From assembly GCA_013822695.1 (NCBI GenBank), contig PNKW01000005.1, positions 1,863 to 65,862 on the forward strand: a stretch of 64,000 nt of DNA. Direction: 5' to 3'. The stretch is from Erythrobacter sp. Lineage in GTDB: Bacteria; Pseudomonadota; Alphaproteobacteria; Sphingomonadales; Sphingomonadaceae. The notes beneath the pieces were generated by a model, which had not been told where the DNA came from, ran no database searches, and saw nothing but the letters and a program-made list of their open reading frames with translations. Position 1 is the stretch's first letter. Every line of letters begins with the position of its first letter. Shown here piece after piece: positions 8,530 through 18,603 of the stretch. A program made the translations under genes and the position numbers.

Positions 8530-9643
8530 CGGGGGCGGCCTCCAGAAACGGGCGCGGATTGACCGCGCGGTCATTGATGCGGACTTCAAAATGCAGGTGC
8601 GGCCCCGTCGAGCGCCCGGTCGATCCGAGCCCGGCGATCGTCGTGCCCGCAGCGACCTGCTGGCCGACCCGCACATCGAAGCGCGAAAGGTGCGCGTAAC
8701 GGGTCAACATTCCGTTGCCATGGGTGATCTCGACCACATTGCCATAGCCGGACTTCTGCCCCACGAAGGTCACGCGGCCATCGGCGGCGGCGAAGACTGG
8801 CGAACCCATCGGGCCCTTGAAGTCGATCCCGGCATGCATTGCCGCGCTGCCGTTGAAGGGATCGCGGCGGAAACCGAAGCCCGAGGTTATGCTCTCGACG
8901 CTCGCGGGGACGACCTGCGGGATGCCGTCAAGCGCACTTTCGAGCACCGCCATGCGCGCAAGACTGAGGCCCAGCCGCTCGAAGCGCGGGTCGATATCGT
9001 TGTTGCCGCCGAGCAGTGCCTCGAACGGGCCGCCCATCGCCTGCTGCGTTTCGCGGGTCATGAGCCTGGGATCGAGATTGAGCTTGCGCATCGCCGCCTC
9101 GGCACGGCGCGCGCGGGCGTCGGCGAAGCGGGTGAGCCGCTCGGCATAGGCGAGCTGGCGCGCCTCGATCTCGGCCAGACCTCTGGCTTGCGGGATCAGC
9201 GCACTGACCTTCTTCACCGTCGCGTCGGTCTCGGCGGTGGAATCGGTGACAGTGCCGCTCGCCGCGCCTTCGCGGACCATGTCCTCGGGCAGCATGCGGG
9301 CCATCTCGTCGAGGAAATCCTGCCGCTCCTTCAGGTCGTCGACCACCTTGTCGAGGTTGCCGCCATATTCCTTGAGCCGCTCGCCCGCCTTGGCGACACG
9401 GGCCTTCTCCTGGGCGAAGGATGCAAGGTCAGCCTCGGCGCGGTACTGGCCCCAGGCCATGACGGCGAGCGCGACCAGCCACAAAACGGCGACCGCGACC
9501 ACACCGCCGGCGGCGCGCATCTGGAGTTTCGAAGAAACCTTGATGAAGCGCACCTGCCCTTCGGCGCGCATGAAGAACTCGCGATCGGGGAACCATTGCC
9601 GCAGCCGGTCTCCCCACGCTTGTGCGGTATTCTTGAGTGACAA
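8459..9643 (-). CDS. M23 family metallopeptidase with N-terminal TM and coiled coil (DUF5930-like)
   Basis: HAGIDF, GYGNVVEITHGNGMLTRYAHL and STGPHLHFEVR; N-terminal WFPDREFFMR. The TTG start at 9643 is inferred. Confidence 0.9.
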   Translation of the reverse strand: MSLKNTAQAWGDRLRQWFPDREFFMRAEGQVRFIKVSSKLQMRAAGGVVAVAVLWLVALAVMAWGQYRAEADLASFAQEKARVAKAGERLKEYGGNLDKVVDDLKERQDFLDEMARMLPEDMVREGAASGTVTDSTAETDATVKKVSALIPQARGLAEIEARQLAYAERLTRFADARARRAEAAMRKLNLDPRLMTRETQQAMGGPFEALLGGNNDIDPRFERLGLSLARMAVLESALDGIPQVVPASVESITSGFGFRRDPFNGSAAMHAGIDFKGPMGSPVFAAADGRVTFVGQKSGYGNVVEITHGNGMLTRYAHLSRFDVRVGQQVAAGTTIAGLGSTGRSTGPHLHFEVRINDRAVNPRPFLEAAPDVLKEVRAAGSGSPARRPAGAAR

Positions 9644-9872
9644 AGCGCGCCCCGATTTTTTTGTTGTGGCTGCGGGGCGGCTATCAGGGCGCTCCCCTAT
9701 GGTCGAATCCCAAATCGCGCTCCTAGGTGAATCGATGCAGATTCGCGGCGAGCCGAGGGGGGCTTGGTCCTGCGCTGTCATACGGGTGTGGGTGGTCGTG
9801 CGAATCGGCAGCGATTCTGCGCGGCGCGCGCGGGCCTGACAGGCGCGGCGCGGGGTGCTAGAGGCGCTTTCC

Positions 9873-11162
9873 ATGACCAAGATGACCGCCGTCCTTTCGC
9901 CCGCCGAGGCTTCCGATCCCGCGGCGCTGGTGACGGCGCTGGCTCAGGCCGCGCGCTCGGCCCAGCGCGCGCTCGCCGCGATGCCGAGCGCCGCACGTGC
10001 CGATGCGCTGCGCCGCGCCGCCGAGGCCCTGCGCGCGGCCGGCCGCCAAGTGCTCGCCGCCAATGCCGAGGATCTGGCGGCAGGCAAGGCGCGCGGGCTT
10101 TCGGGCGCGATGCTCGACCGGCTGATGCTCGATGAAGCGCGGCTGGCAGGGGTCGCCGATGCGGTCGCGGCGGTGGCCGATCTGCCCGATCCGGTGGGGC
10201 AGGTGATCGATGCCTATACCCAGCCCAATGGCCTCCATTTCCAGCGCATCCGCGTGCCGATCGGCACCATCGGGATCATCTACGAAAGCCGCCCCAACGT
10301 GACCGCCGATGCAGCCGCGCTGTGCGTGCGCGCAGGCAATGCCGTGGTGCTGCGCGGGGGGAGCGAGGCGGTGCATTCCAACCGCGCGATCCACGCCGCG
10401 ATGGTCGAGGGGCTGGTGGCGGGCGGCGTGCCGGCCGAGGCGGTGCGGTTCATCCCCTCGCAGGACCGCGCCTGCGTCGGCGCGATGCTGACCGCGAGCG
10501 GCCTGATCGACATGATTGTCCCGCGCGGCGGCAGGAGCCTGGTCGAGCGGGTGCAGGCCGATGCCCGCGTGCCGGTCCTCGCCCATCTCGACGGCATCTG
10601 CCACACCTACATCCACGCCGCCGCCAATCCCGCCATGGCCGAGGCCATCGCGATCAACGCCAAGCTGCGCCGCACCGGTATCTGCGGGTCGATGGAGACC
10701 CTGCTGATCGACGCCGCCTATCCCGCCCCCGCGCCGCTCGTCGCCGCGCTGATCGAGGCCGGGTGCGAAGTGCGCGGCGACGCCCGCATCGCTACGCTCG
10801 ACCCGCGCGTTATCCCGGCCAGCGCCAGTGACTGGGGCACCGAATATCTCGACGCGATCCTCTCGGTCGCGATGGTCGACGGGATCGACGCGGCCCTCGC
10901 CCATATCGCGCGCCATTCCTCCGACCATACCGATGCGATCGTGACCGCTGACAGCGTGGCCGCAGAGCGCTTCCTCAATGAAGTCGACAGCGCCATCGTG
11001 ATGCACAACGCCTCGACGCAGTTTGCCGACGGGGGCGAGTTCGGCCTCGGCGCGGAGATCGGGATCGCCACCGGACGGCTGCACGCACGCGGGCCGGTCG
11101 CGCTCGAGGGGCTCACCACCTACAAGTGGCAGGTGCGCGGGAACGGCCAGACGCGTGTCTGA
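9873..11162 (+). CDS. proA: Gamma-glutamyl phosphate reductase
   Basis: IGIIYESRPNVT, LRGGSEA and NASTQFADGGEFGLGAEIGIATGRLHARGPV. Confidence 0.97.
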   Translation: MTKMTAVLSPAEASDPAALVTALAQAARSAQRALAAMPSAARADALRRAAEALRAAGRQVLAANAEDLAAGKARGLSGAMLDRLMLDEARLAGVADAVAAVADLPDPVGQVIDAYTQPNGLHFQRIRVPIGTIGIIYESRPNVTADAAALCVRAGNAVVLRGGSEAVHSNRAIHAAMVEGLVAGGVPAEAVRFIPSQDRACVGAMLTASGLIDMIVPRGGRSLVERVQADARVPVLAHLDGICHTYIHAAANPAMAEAIAINAKLRRTGICGSMETLLIDAAYPAPAPLVAALIEAGCEVRGDARIATLDPRVIPASASDWGTEYLDAILSVAMVDGIDAALAHIARHSSDHTDAIVTADSVAAERFLNEVDSAIVMHNASTQFADGGEFGLGAEIGIATGRLHARGPVALEGLTTYKWQVRGNGQTRV

Positions 11163-11178
11163 GTTTCGGGCCTAGCCC

Positions 11179-11844
11179 ATGGCGAAACCGCAACTGACCG
11201 GGCTGCTCGGCGGCAGCTTCAACCCCGCGCATGGCGGGCACCGGCGCATCACGCTGTTCGCTGCCGAGGCGATGGGGCTGGACGAAACCTGGTGGCTGGT
11301 CTCGCCCGGCAATCCGTTGAAACCGCAGGACGACATGGGCTCGCTGAAGGCCCGCCTGCGCTCGGCCGAAAGGCAGGCGCGGCGCGCGCGGATCGTGCCT
11401 TCGGCGATCGAGCTCGATCTCGACACGCGCTACACGGTCGACACGCTGAGGAAACTCGTCCGGCGCTATCCCAAGCGGCGTTTCGTGTGGCTGATGGGGG
11501 CCGACAATCTTGCGCAATTTCACCTCTGGAAGGGCTGGCGGCGGATCGCGCGGACAATGCCGATTGCGGTAATCGCGCGTCCGGGTTATGATGCAGCCGC
11601 CATGACGAGCCCCGCCATGGCCTGGCTCCGGCGCCATATCGTGCCCGCCGCCAGCATTCGGAAACGGGGGCAATGGAGCGCACCGGCCCTGGTGTTACTG
11701 CGTTTCGATCCTGACCACCGCTCGGCCACGGCGATCCGCCGTGCGCATGCCGGGTGGGCCGAGCAGTTGCTCGGTAAGGATGGCGATGCACCGGTGCGCG
11801 ATCGGCTGACATTCCGCAGCATCCGTTCATGGGAAGACGCATGA
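11179..11844 (+). CDS. nadD: Nicotinate-nucleotide adenylyltransferase
   Basis: GLLGGSFNPAHGGH, WWLVSPGNPLK and FVWLMGADNL. Confidence 0.95.
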   Translation: MAKPQLTGLLGGSFNPAHGGHRRITLFAAEAMGLDETWWLVSPGNPLKPQDDMGSLKARLRSAERQARRARIVPSAIELDLDTRYTVDTLRKLVRRYPKRRFVWLMGADNLAQFHLWKGWRRIARTMPIAVIARPGYDAAAMTSPAMAWLRRHIVPAASIRKRGQWSAPALVLLRFDPDHRSATAIRRAHAGWAEQLLGKDGDAPVRDRLTFRSIRSWEDA

Positions 11845-11928
11845 GGCGCGGTCATCGCGCCTCGGCGGGCTTGCTTGCCGGATTGCGTGATGCCCGCTTT
11901 CATCGCCCTGAAATCTGGAGATATGTGA

Positions 11929-12372
11929 TTGTCGATGACCGAAGCTCTTGTCGCTTCCCTGCCGCTTGGCGCGGTGCAGGCTGCTGCCAATACGGCCAAG
12001 TCGCTCGTGGGTGCTGATCTCAGCGCTGCCGCGCTGCACGCGCTCGTGATGTCGCAGCTTGACGATGATCAGGCGCAGGACATCGTCACCATCCCGCTCG
12101 AGGGCAAGAGTTCGATCGCCGATCACATGGTGATCGCGAGCGGCCGTTCGACCCGGCAGGTGGCGTCGATGGCGCAAAAGCTCGCCGAGACGATCAAGCA
12201 GGCCGGTTTCGGCCACGCCCGCGTCGAAGGCCTGCCGGCCGCCGACTGGGTGCTGATCGACGCAGGCGACGTGGTGATCCACCTGTTCCGCCCCGAAGTG
12301 CGCACCTTCTACAACCTCGAACGCATGTGGAGCTTCGAGGGCAGCGAAGCGTCGATGATGGGTAGGAATTAG
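11929..12372 (+). CDS. rsfS: Ribosome silencing factor RsfS
   Basis: SSIADHMVIASGRSTRQV and DWVLIDAGDVVIHLFRPEVRTFYNLERMW. Confidence 0.95.
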   Translation: MSMTEALVASLPLGAVQAAANTAKSLVGADLSAAALHALVMSQLDDDQAQDIVTIPLEGKSSIADHMVIASGRSTRQVASMAQKLAETIKQAGFGHARVEGLPAADWVLIDAGDVVIHLFRPEVRTFYNLERMWSFEGSEASMMGRN

Positions 12373-12385
12373 GAATCCTTCTTTG

Positions 12386-12484
12386 CGTGCCCGCCTCCGC
12401 GGGCACGTCCTCGGTGCTGTTTCTGCCGCTGCGCGGCAGAGCACCTGCGGCTCGCGCGCGTGCGCTCGCGGCCCTGCGGGCCGA
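12386..12484 (+). repeat. Multi-hairpin intergenic repeat family B, copy 1
   Basis: gcccgcctccgcgggc..tcctcggtgctg..gagcacctgcggctcg..gtgcgctcgcggccctgcgggccg; near-identical core at 16681-16805. Confidence 0.85.
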
Positions 12485-12512
12485 ACCAGTGCCTACAGCA
12501 TAGGGTGGCGTT

Positions 12513-12935
12513 TTGCTTCTCCACATCATCGCGCGCGGGAAGATTGGGCGTTCGCCGGAGGGCGACTTGGTCGATCGCTATGCAAAGCGCCTGACCTGGC
12601 CGGTCCGCCTCACCGAATGGCCCGATACCGGCGCAGGCAAGACCGCCGACCCCCTGACCCCGCACCGCACCGTGCTGCTCGACGAACGCGGCAGGGCTAT
12701 GTCCTCGGAAGACTTCGCCAACCTCCTCGGCAAGTGGCGCGATGACGGCGTGCGCGAGACCCGCTTCTTGCTCGGCGCGGCGGACGGCCATTCGGATGCC
12801 GAGCGCGCCTCGGCCGACCTCCTGCTTGCCTTCGGGCCTGCCACCTGGCCGCACATGCTCGCTCGGGCAATGCTGATGGAGCAGCTCTACCGCGCCACCA
12901 CCATCCTTGCAGGCCATCCCTATCATCGGGCATGA
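12513..12935 (+). CDS. rlmH: 23S rRNA (pseudouridine1915-N3)-methyltransferase
   Basis: LLDERGRAMSSEDFA, FLLGAADGH and TWPHMLARAMLMEQLYRATTILAGHPYHR. Confidence 0.95.
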   Translation: MLLHIIARGKIGRSPEGDLVDRYAKRLTWPVRLTEWPDTGAGKTADPLTPHRTVLLDERGRAMSSEDFANLLGKWRDDGVRETRFLLGAADGHSDAERASADLLLAFGPATWPHMLARAMLMEQLYRATTILAGHPYHRA

Positions 12936-12942
12936 GGGGGCG

Positions 12943-14166
12943 ATGCGCCGCCTGATCCTGACCGCCCTCGCCGTGATCGGCACCGGAGCCGGGCTGGCGC
13001 TTGCCCTGCCGGAGAGCGACGCCGCGCGGCCCGCCGCCTTCATCGACCCCGCCGAGGCCGAAGCCGCGCTCGCCCGCGCCACCCGCGAGGGCAAGCTGGC
13101 GGATGCCCGCGCGCAGAAACTCACCGCCGAGGCCGAGGCCGCGACCGAAGCTGCGCAGAAGACCGCCAGCGAAGCCGCCGCGCTCGCCGCGCGCATCCAG
13201 CAGGCCGAGGCGGAGATCGAGGCTGCCCGGGCCCGCCTCGCCATCGCCAGGGACCAGCGCGCCAAGCTCACCGCCCGGCTCGCCGCCAAGCAGGCCCCGA
13301 CCGCGCGTCTCGCCGCCGCGCTCCAGACCGCCGCCCGCCGCCCGCTGGCGCTCGCCGCGCTGCAACCGGGATCGCTCGAGGATGTCGTCCACCTCCGCGC
13401 GGTGATGGCCAGCGCCGTCCCGCAGATCCGCGCGCGCACCGCTGCCTTGCGGGCCGATCTCGACCGCGGCCGCGCGCTCGAGGCGCAGGCGCGCGCCGCG
13501 CTCGACCAATTGCGCAGCTCCGAGAGCGCGCTGCTCCAGCGCCGCAGCGACCTCGCCGCGCTCGAACAGCAGCAGCGCCTCGCCTCGCGCACCACAAGGG
13601 CCGCCGCCTTGCGCGAGGCCGAGCGCGCGCTGGCGTTGGCCGAGGAGGCGCGCGATCTTGACGGGCTGGTCGGCAAGCTTGGCGAGGTGGCGGCGCTCAG
13701 GAACGAACTGGCCGCGCTCCCCGGCCCTGTCCTTCGCCCTTCCGACCTGTCCGCTGTGCTCCCCCCCGAACCCGCGCCCGCACCCTCGGCCGCCGCGCCG
13801 CCGCCATCCGACTTCCAGCTGCCCGTGCAGGGCCGCACGCTGGTGGGCTTCGGCGCGAAACGGGCGAGCGGGCTTGCCTCGACCGGCCTCACCCTCGCGC
13901 CCGCCCCGCAGGCGCAGGTCGTCGCCCCCGCGCGCGGGCGGGTGGCCTTCGCCGGAGCCTATCGCGGCTTCGGGCGAATCGTCATCATCGAGCACGCCGG
14001 GGGCTGGACCAGCCTCGTCACCGGGCTCGAACGGGTCGATGTCGCGGTTGGCGATACGATCATCGGCGGATCGCCTCTGGGCCGCGCGGCGGGCGGGGCG
14101 AGCCCGGTGACGATCGAATTGCGGCGTGACGGCAAGCCGGTCAACCCCTTGCAATATCTGCGATAA
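12943..14166 (+). CDS. envC: Murein hydrolase activator, EnvC family
   Basis: Signal peptide, long Ala-rich coiled coil, and C-terminal LytM domain lacking the Zn ligands (FAGAYRGFGRIVIIEH..ELRRDGKPVNP). Confidence 0.85.
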   Translation: MRRLILTALAVIGTGAGLALALPESDAARPAAFIDPAEAEAALARATREGKLADARAQKLTAEAEAATEAAQKTASEAAALAARIQQAEAEIEAARARLAIARDQRAKLTARLAAKQAPTARLAAALQTAARRPLALAALQPGSLEDVVHLRAVMASAVPQIRARTAALRADLDRGRALEAQARAALDQLRSSESALLQRRSDLAALEQQQRLASRTTRAAALREAERALALAEEARDLDGLVGKLGEVAALRNELAALPGPVLRPSDLSAVLPPEPAPAPSAAAPPPSDFQLPVQGRTLVGFGAKRASGLASTGLTLAPAPQAQVVAPARGRVAFAGAYRGFGRIVIIEHAGGWTSLVTGLERVDVAVGDTIIGGSPLGRAAGGASPVTIELRRDGKPVNPLQYLR

Positions 14167-14297
14167 GCGCGCGGCGGCGCAAAGAAATCCGCCGCACACT
14201 GCCCCCCGCTGGCACACTGCGCCCTGATGCGACGTGTTATCTGGCGTTCATCTCGGCAAACCTATACATTCGTGTGACAAAGGAGCCTGCCCCGCCC

Positions 14298-15662
14298 ATG
14301 AAAATCGCCGCCTTCCTGCGTACCGCCGCGCTGGTCACTTCGGTCGCGCTGATCCCCGCCACCACCGCCACCATGGCCCAGGTCGATGGCCGCGCCTCGC
14401 CCGAGTTCGCCAAGCTCTTCGCGGTCTTCCAGCGGGTCAAGGCGAGCTATGTCGAGCCGGTCGATGACGAGACGCTGATCCGCGGCGCGATCGACGGGAT
14501 GCTCGCCGCGCTCGATCCGCATTCGGCCTATCTCGACGGCGGCGATCTCCAGCGGCTGGAGACGATGATCGACGGGCAATATTCGGGCCTCGGCCTGTCG
14601 GTGGTGATGCAGGACGGGGCGGTCAAGGTCGTCTCGCCGTTCCGCGGCAGCCCGGCGGAAGCTGCCGGGATCAAGGCGGGTGATTTCATCACGCACCTCA
14701 ATGGCAAGCTGATCGTCGACACCAAGCTTGATGATGCGGTGGCGCAGATGCGCGGGCCCAAGGGCACCTCGATCCGCCTGACGATCTTCCGTCAGGGCCG
14801 CGACGAGCCGCTCGAAGTCGACGTCACCCGCGGGGTGATCGAGCTGGAGCCGGTCACCTCCGAGCTGCTGTCCGGCAATATCGCGGTGATCAGCGTCAAC
14901 GAATTCTCGGCCAATGTCGGCGCGGATGTCTTCGCCGAGTGGCAATCGCTGAAGAAGAAGGCCCCCGGCGGGCGCCTCAGCGGGTTGGTGCTCGACCTCA
15001 GGAACAACCCGGGCGGGAGCCTCGACGAATCGGTTGCGCTGTCCGACCTGTTCCTCACCGACGGGCGCATCGTCAGCCAGCGCGGCCGCGCGCGGGGCGA
15101 GACGATGCTCTACGATGCCGAGACCGTCTATCGCGGCGACATGGCCGAAGGCGTGCCGATGATCGTGCTGATCAATGCGGGCTCCGCCTCGGCGTCCGAG
15201 ATCGTCGCGGGCGCCTTGCAGGATCACCGCCGCGCGCTGATCATGGGCGAGCGCAGCTTCGGCAAGGGCTCGGTGCAGTCGCTCCTCCCGCTCGGCAAGG
15301 ACGCGGCCTTGAAGCTGACCACCGCGCGCTACTACACGCCCGCGGGCCGCTCGGTGCAGGAGGGCGGGATCAAGCCCGACATCGCCGTGCCGCAGATCTC
15401 GGACGCCGATTTCCTGCTGCGCCAGAAGTACCAGACCCGCGAGAGCGATCTGCGTGGCCACCTGATCAACGAGATCGGCCTCAAGGACGAGGAGCTTGAG
15501 GGCGACAAGATCGCCGATCCGCGCTTCCAGCTGACCGCTGCGCAACTCGAGGCGCAGGGGATCAAGGACTTCCAGCTCAACTACGCCGCCGACACCCTGC
15601 GCCGCACGACCAAGAGCACCGTGGCGCTGCGCCCCGGCACCCAGCGTCCGGCCAAGCCCTGA
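14298..15662 (+). CDS. ctpA: S41 C-terminal processing peptidase
   Basis: GAIDGMLAALDPHS, PDZ domain, LDLRNNPGG and GSASASEIVAGALQD..GERSFGKGSVQ. Confidence 0.93.
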   Translation: MKIAAFLRTAALVTSVALIPATTATMAQVDGRASPEFAKLFAVFQRVKASYVEPVDDETLIRGAIDGMLAALDPHSAYLDGGDLQRLETMIDGQYSGLGLSVVMQDGAVKVVSPFRGSPAEAAGIKAGDFITHLNGKLIVDTKLDDAVAQMRGPKGTSIRLTIFRQGRDEPLEVDVTRGVIELEPVTSELLSGNIAVISVNEFSANVGADVFAEWQSLKKKAPGGRLSGLVLDLRNNPGGSLDESVALSDLFLTDGRIVSQRGRARGETMLYDAETVYRGDMAEGVPMIVLINAGSASASEIVAGALQDHRRALIMGERSFGKGSVQSLLPLGKDAALKLTTARYYTPAGRSVQEGGIKPDIAVPQISDADFLLRQKYQTRESDLRGHLINEIGLKDEELEGDKIADPRFQLTAAQLEAQGIKDFQLNYAADTLRRTTKSTVALRPGTQRPAKP

Positions 15663-15673
15663 GGGCCTGAGCG

Positions 15674-16126
15674 ATGGACAATCTGGGCAAAGCCCGCGCG
15701 CTTGCCGTGCTGGTTCCGGCTGCGCTGCTGGGCGGGGCCTATGTCTCGCAATATGGCTTCGGGCTGTTCCCGTGCGAGATGTGCTGGTGGCAGCGCTATC
15801 CGCACTTTGTTGCGGTGGCGCTCGGCCTCGCGGGTTTCGTGGTAAAGCCTGCGGCGCGCCCGCTGGTGATGCTGGCAGGTCTGGCGATCATCGCCTCGGG
15901 GCTGATCGGGCTGTTTCACGCTGGGGTCGAATATGGCTGGTGGGAGGGCATCACCAAGTGCACCGCCACCGGCCCGGCCAGCGCCGCGCTCGATTTCTCG
16001 TCGCACATCGTGGCCTGCGACATCCCGCAATGGACGCTGTGGGGGGTGAGCCTCGCGGGGTTCAATTTCCTGTTCTCAAGCCTCGGCGGTGCAGCCGTGG
16101 TGGCGCTGGCTGCGTATCGCAGGTAA
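15674..16126 (+). CDS. dsbB: Disulfide bond formation protein B family
   Basis: PCEMCWWQR and FHAGVEYGWWEG..C..VACD. Confidence 0.88.
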   Translation: MDNLGKARALAVLVPAALLGGAYVSQYGFGLFPCEMCWWQRYPHFVAVALGLAGFVVKPAARPLVMLAGLAIIASGLIGLFHAGVEYGWWEGITKCTATGPASAALDFSSHIVACDIPQWTLWGVSLAGFNFLFSSLGGAAVVALAAYRR

Positions 16127-16148
16127 GACCACCCATCCAAGGGAGCCG

Positions 16149-16673
16149 ATGATGGACCGCAAAGACCTCCACCGCATGATCCGGGTCGATCAGGCCGGGG
16201 AATTCGGCGCGACCCGCATCTATGAAGGCCAGCTTGCCGTGATGGGCGATCGCGGGCCGCACTCGGCCGAGATCCGCCACATGGCCGCGCAGGAGGCCGA
16301 GCACCGCAAGAAGTTCGACGCGCTGCTCGCGCGTCGCGGCGTGCGGCCGACCGCGCTCCATCCGTTCTGGTCGGCGGCGGGCTATGCGCTGGGCGCGGGC
16401 ACGGCGCTGCTCGGCCCCGAGGCGGCGATGGCCTGCACCGCCGCGGTCGAGACCGAGATCGACAAGCACTATTCCGACCAGCTCGACGCGCTCGAAGCCT
16501 CGGGCGCGGACCCTGAACTTGCCGCGATGATCGCCGAATTCCGCGAGGAAGAGCGCGAGCACCGCGACGCCGCCCTCGCCAACGGTGCCGAGCGCGCGCC
16601 CGCCTACCCGCTGCTGGCGGGTGCGATCCGGCTGGGGTGCCGGATCGCGATCAAGGTGAGTGAAAGGATCTAG
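16149..16673 (+). CDS. coq7: Demethoxyubiquinone hydroxylase, Coq7 family
   Basis: MIRVDQAGEFGATRIYEGQ, EAAMACTAAVETEIDKHY and FREEEREHRD di-iron motifs. Confidence 0.93.
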   Translation: MMDRKDLHRMIRVDQAGEFGATRIYEGQLAVMGDRGPHSAEIRHMAAQEAEHRKKFDALLARRGVRPTALHPFWSAAGYALGAGTALLGPEAAMACTAAVETEIDKHYSDQLDALEASGADPELAAMIAEFREEEREHRDAALANGAERAPAYPLLAGAIRLGCRIAIKVSERI

Positions 16674-16680
16674 CTTGCGC

Positions 16681-16805
16681 GCCCGCCTCCGCGGGTAGTT
16701 TTTGTATGCGAGGGCGCCTCCGCGCCCTCGTCCTCGGTGCTGTTTCAATCGCTTTGCGGTTGAGCACCTGCGGCTCGCGCCGTGCGCTCGCGGCCCTGCG
16801 GGCCG
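16681..16805 (+). repeat. Multi-hairpin intergenic repeat family B, copy 2
   Basis: Same modules as 12386-12484, with an extra cgagggcg-CTCC-cgccctcg hairpin. Confidence 0.85.
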
Positions 16806-16948
16806 AGCGCAAGCTTTTCGGAATTGTCAGTGCTTGCCGCCCTGTGGCCCCTTCACCCTCGGTTCAGCCCTCCGGCACTAGACAAAGCATCCCGCACGGG
16901 GGCATGGCTGCCTTGTCACATCCGCGCGACAATGAGGACACCTGCACC

Positions 16949-17518
16949 ATGAAGCGCCTGCTCGCCCCCGCCGCCCCCACCGCTCTGGCCCTTCTCGCCG
17001 CCGCCGCGAGCCCCGCTTTCGCCCAGAGCGCGGACGAGAAGATCAACATGGTGATTGCCTACAGCGCCGATGAATGCCCCGTCGCCAAGCCGGGCGAAGT
17101 GGTGGTGTGCGAAATCCTCGTCGAGGAGGAGCGTTACCGCATCCCCTCCAACCTGCGCTATTCCGACGATCCCGCCAACGTCTCCCGCGCGCGGCAGGTC
17201 GAGGAGATCAAGTATGTCGGCGATTTCGGCGCCATGAGCTGCTCGCCCGCAGGCGCTGGCGGGTTCACGGGGTGCACCCAGAAGTTCATCGAAGCCGCCT
17301 ACAAGGACAAGGCTGAAGAAGAAGGCGTGCGGTTCGGCAAGCTGATCGAGGAGGCGCGGGCCGAGCGCCTCTCCACCATCGACGCCGAAGCCGCCGCCGA
17401 GCAGGAGCGGGTCGAATCGATCGAGCGCGAATATCTCCAGCGGCTCGAGCGCGAACGCGATGCCGCGCTGCCGGGCGAGGGCGAGGGCGAGGGCGAACTG
17501 CCGCCGCCGCCGAAGTAA
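16949..17518 (+). CDS. Exported hypothetical protein with four Cys
   Basis: Signal peptide (..PAFA|Q) and ECP..EVVVC..ERYRIP..SCSPAGAGGFTGC; normal codon usage. Confidence 0.75.
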   Translation: MKRLLAPAAPTALALLAAAASPAFAQSADEKINMVIAYSADECPVAKPGEVVVCEILVEEERYRIPSNLRYSDDPANVSRARQVEEIKYVGDFGAMSCSPAGAGGFTGCTQKFIEAAYKDKAEEEGVRFGKLIEEARAERLSTIDAEAAAEQERVESIEREYLQRLERERDAALPGEGEGEGELPPPPK

Positions 17519-17576
17519 TCTTGCCAGCCAGACCCCTCTTGTCCTCCCTTGCCCGGGGGGAGGGGCATATTCGGGA

Positions 17577-18590
17577 TCAGACCCGGTAATACTCCCGGTA
17601 CCACGCCACGAACCGCGCCACGCCTTCGCGGAACGGGGTCTGCGGGGCATAGCCCGTCAGCGTCTTGAGCAGCGAGGCATCGGCCCAGGTCGCGGGCACG
17701 TCGCCAGTCTGCATCGGCATGAAGTTCTTCACTGCCGCGCGCCCGCATTCGGCCTCGATCGCCTCGATGAAGTCCATCAGCCGCACCTTGTCGCCATTGC
17801 CGATGTTCACCACCCGGAACGGCGCGACGGGCGAGAGGCTGTCACCTTCCGGGATCGCTTCAGGCGTCTCGGGCCGCACCGGCGCGGCGTCGATCAGCAG
17901 GCGGATCCCGCGCACCAGATCGGCGACATAGGTAAAATCGCGGTACATCTCGCCATCATTGTAGATGTCGATCGGCGTGCCTTCGAGGACGCCTTTGGTG
18001 AACTTGAACAGCGCCATGTCCGGTCGCCCCCACGGGCCGTAGACCGTGAAGAACCGGAACATCGTCGTCGGCAGCGTCCACAGGTGCGCATAGGAATGCG
18101 CCATCGCCTCGTTCGCCTTCTTGGTCGCGGCGTAGAGCGTCAGCGGGGTGTCGACCTTCTGCCCTTCGTGGAACGGCATGTCGGTCTCGGCGCCATAGAC
18201 CGACGAAGTGGACGCCATCAGCAGGTGATCCACCCCGAGCTCGCGCGCGCATTCCATCACGTTGAAGGTGCCGATGAGGTTCGCGTCGATATAGGCGCGC
18301 GGGTTTTCGAGGCTGTAACGCACCCCCGCCTGCGCGGCGAGGTGGACGATCACGTCGGGCTTCTCCGCCAACGCCAGCGCGTGGAGCGTCTCGAAATCCT
18401 CCAGCATCCCCTCGGTGCAGCTGAAATGCGGGTGCTGGAGCAGCATCTGGTGCCGCCGCTGCTTGATGCGGACGTCGTAGTAGTCGGTCATGCCGTCGAA
18501 GCCGACGACCCGGAAGCCTTCCTCCAGCAGCAGCTGCGACAGGTGAAAGCCGATGAACCCGGCCGAGCCGGTGACAAGAACGGTGCGCAT
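17577..18590 (-). CDS. UDP-glucuronate 4-epimerase-like extended SDR
   Basis: TGSAGFIG, HLAAQAGVRYS, YAATKK and RFFTVYGPWGRPDMALFKF. Confidence 0.9.
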   Translation of the reverse strand: MRTVLVTGSAGFIGFHLSQLLLEEGFRVVGFDGMTDYYDVRIKQRRHQMLLQHPHFSCTEGMLEDFETLHALALAEKPDVIVHLAAQAGVRYSLENPRAYIDANLIGTFNVMECARELGVDHLLMASTSSVYGAETDMPFHEGQKVDTPLTLYAATKKANEAMAHSYAHLWTLPTTMFRFFTVYGPWGRPDMALFKFTKGVLEGTPIDIYNDGEMYRDFTYVADLVRGIRLLIDAAPVRPETPEAIPEGDSLSPVAPFRVVNIGNGDKVRLMDFIEAIEAECGRAAVKNFMPMQTGDVPATWADASLLKTLTGYAPQTPFREGVARFVAWYREYYRV

Positions 18591-18603
18591 CAGGGCCTCG
18601 CCG

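Noticed and set aside
17472-17497. GGGCGA x4 microsatellite (GEGEGEGE) at the end of an exported protein
   Set aside because: An in-frame hexamer in a low-complexity tail that cannot cause phase variation.
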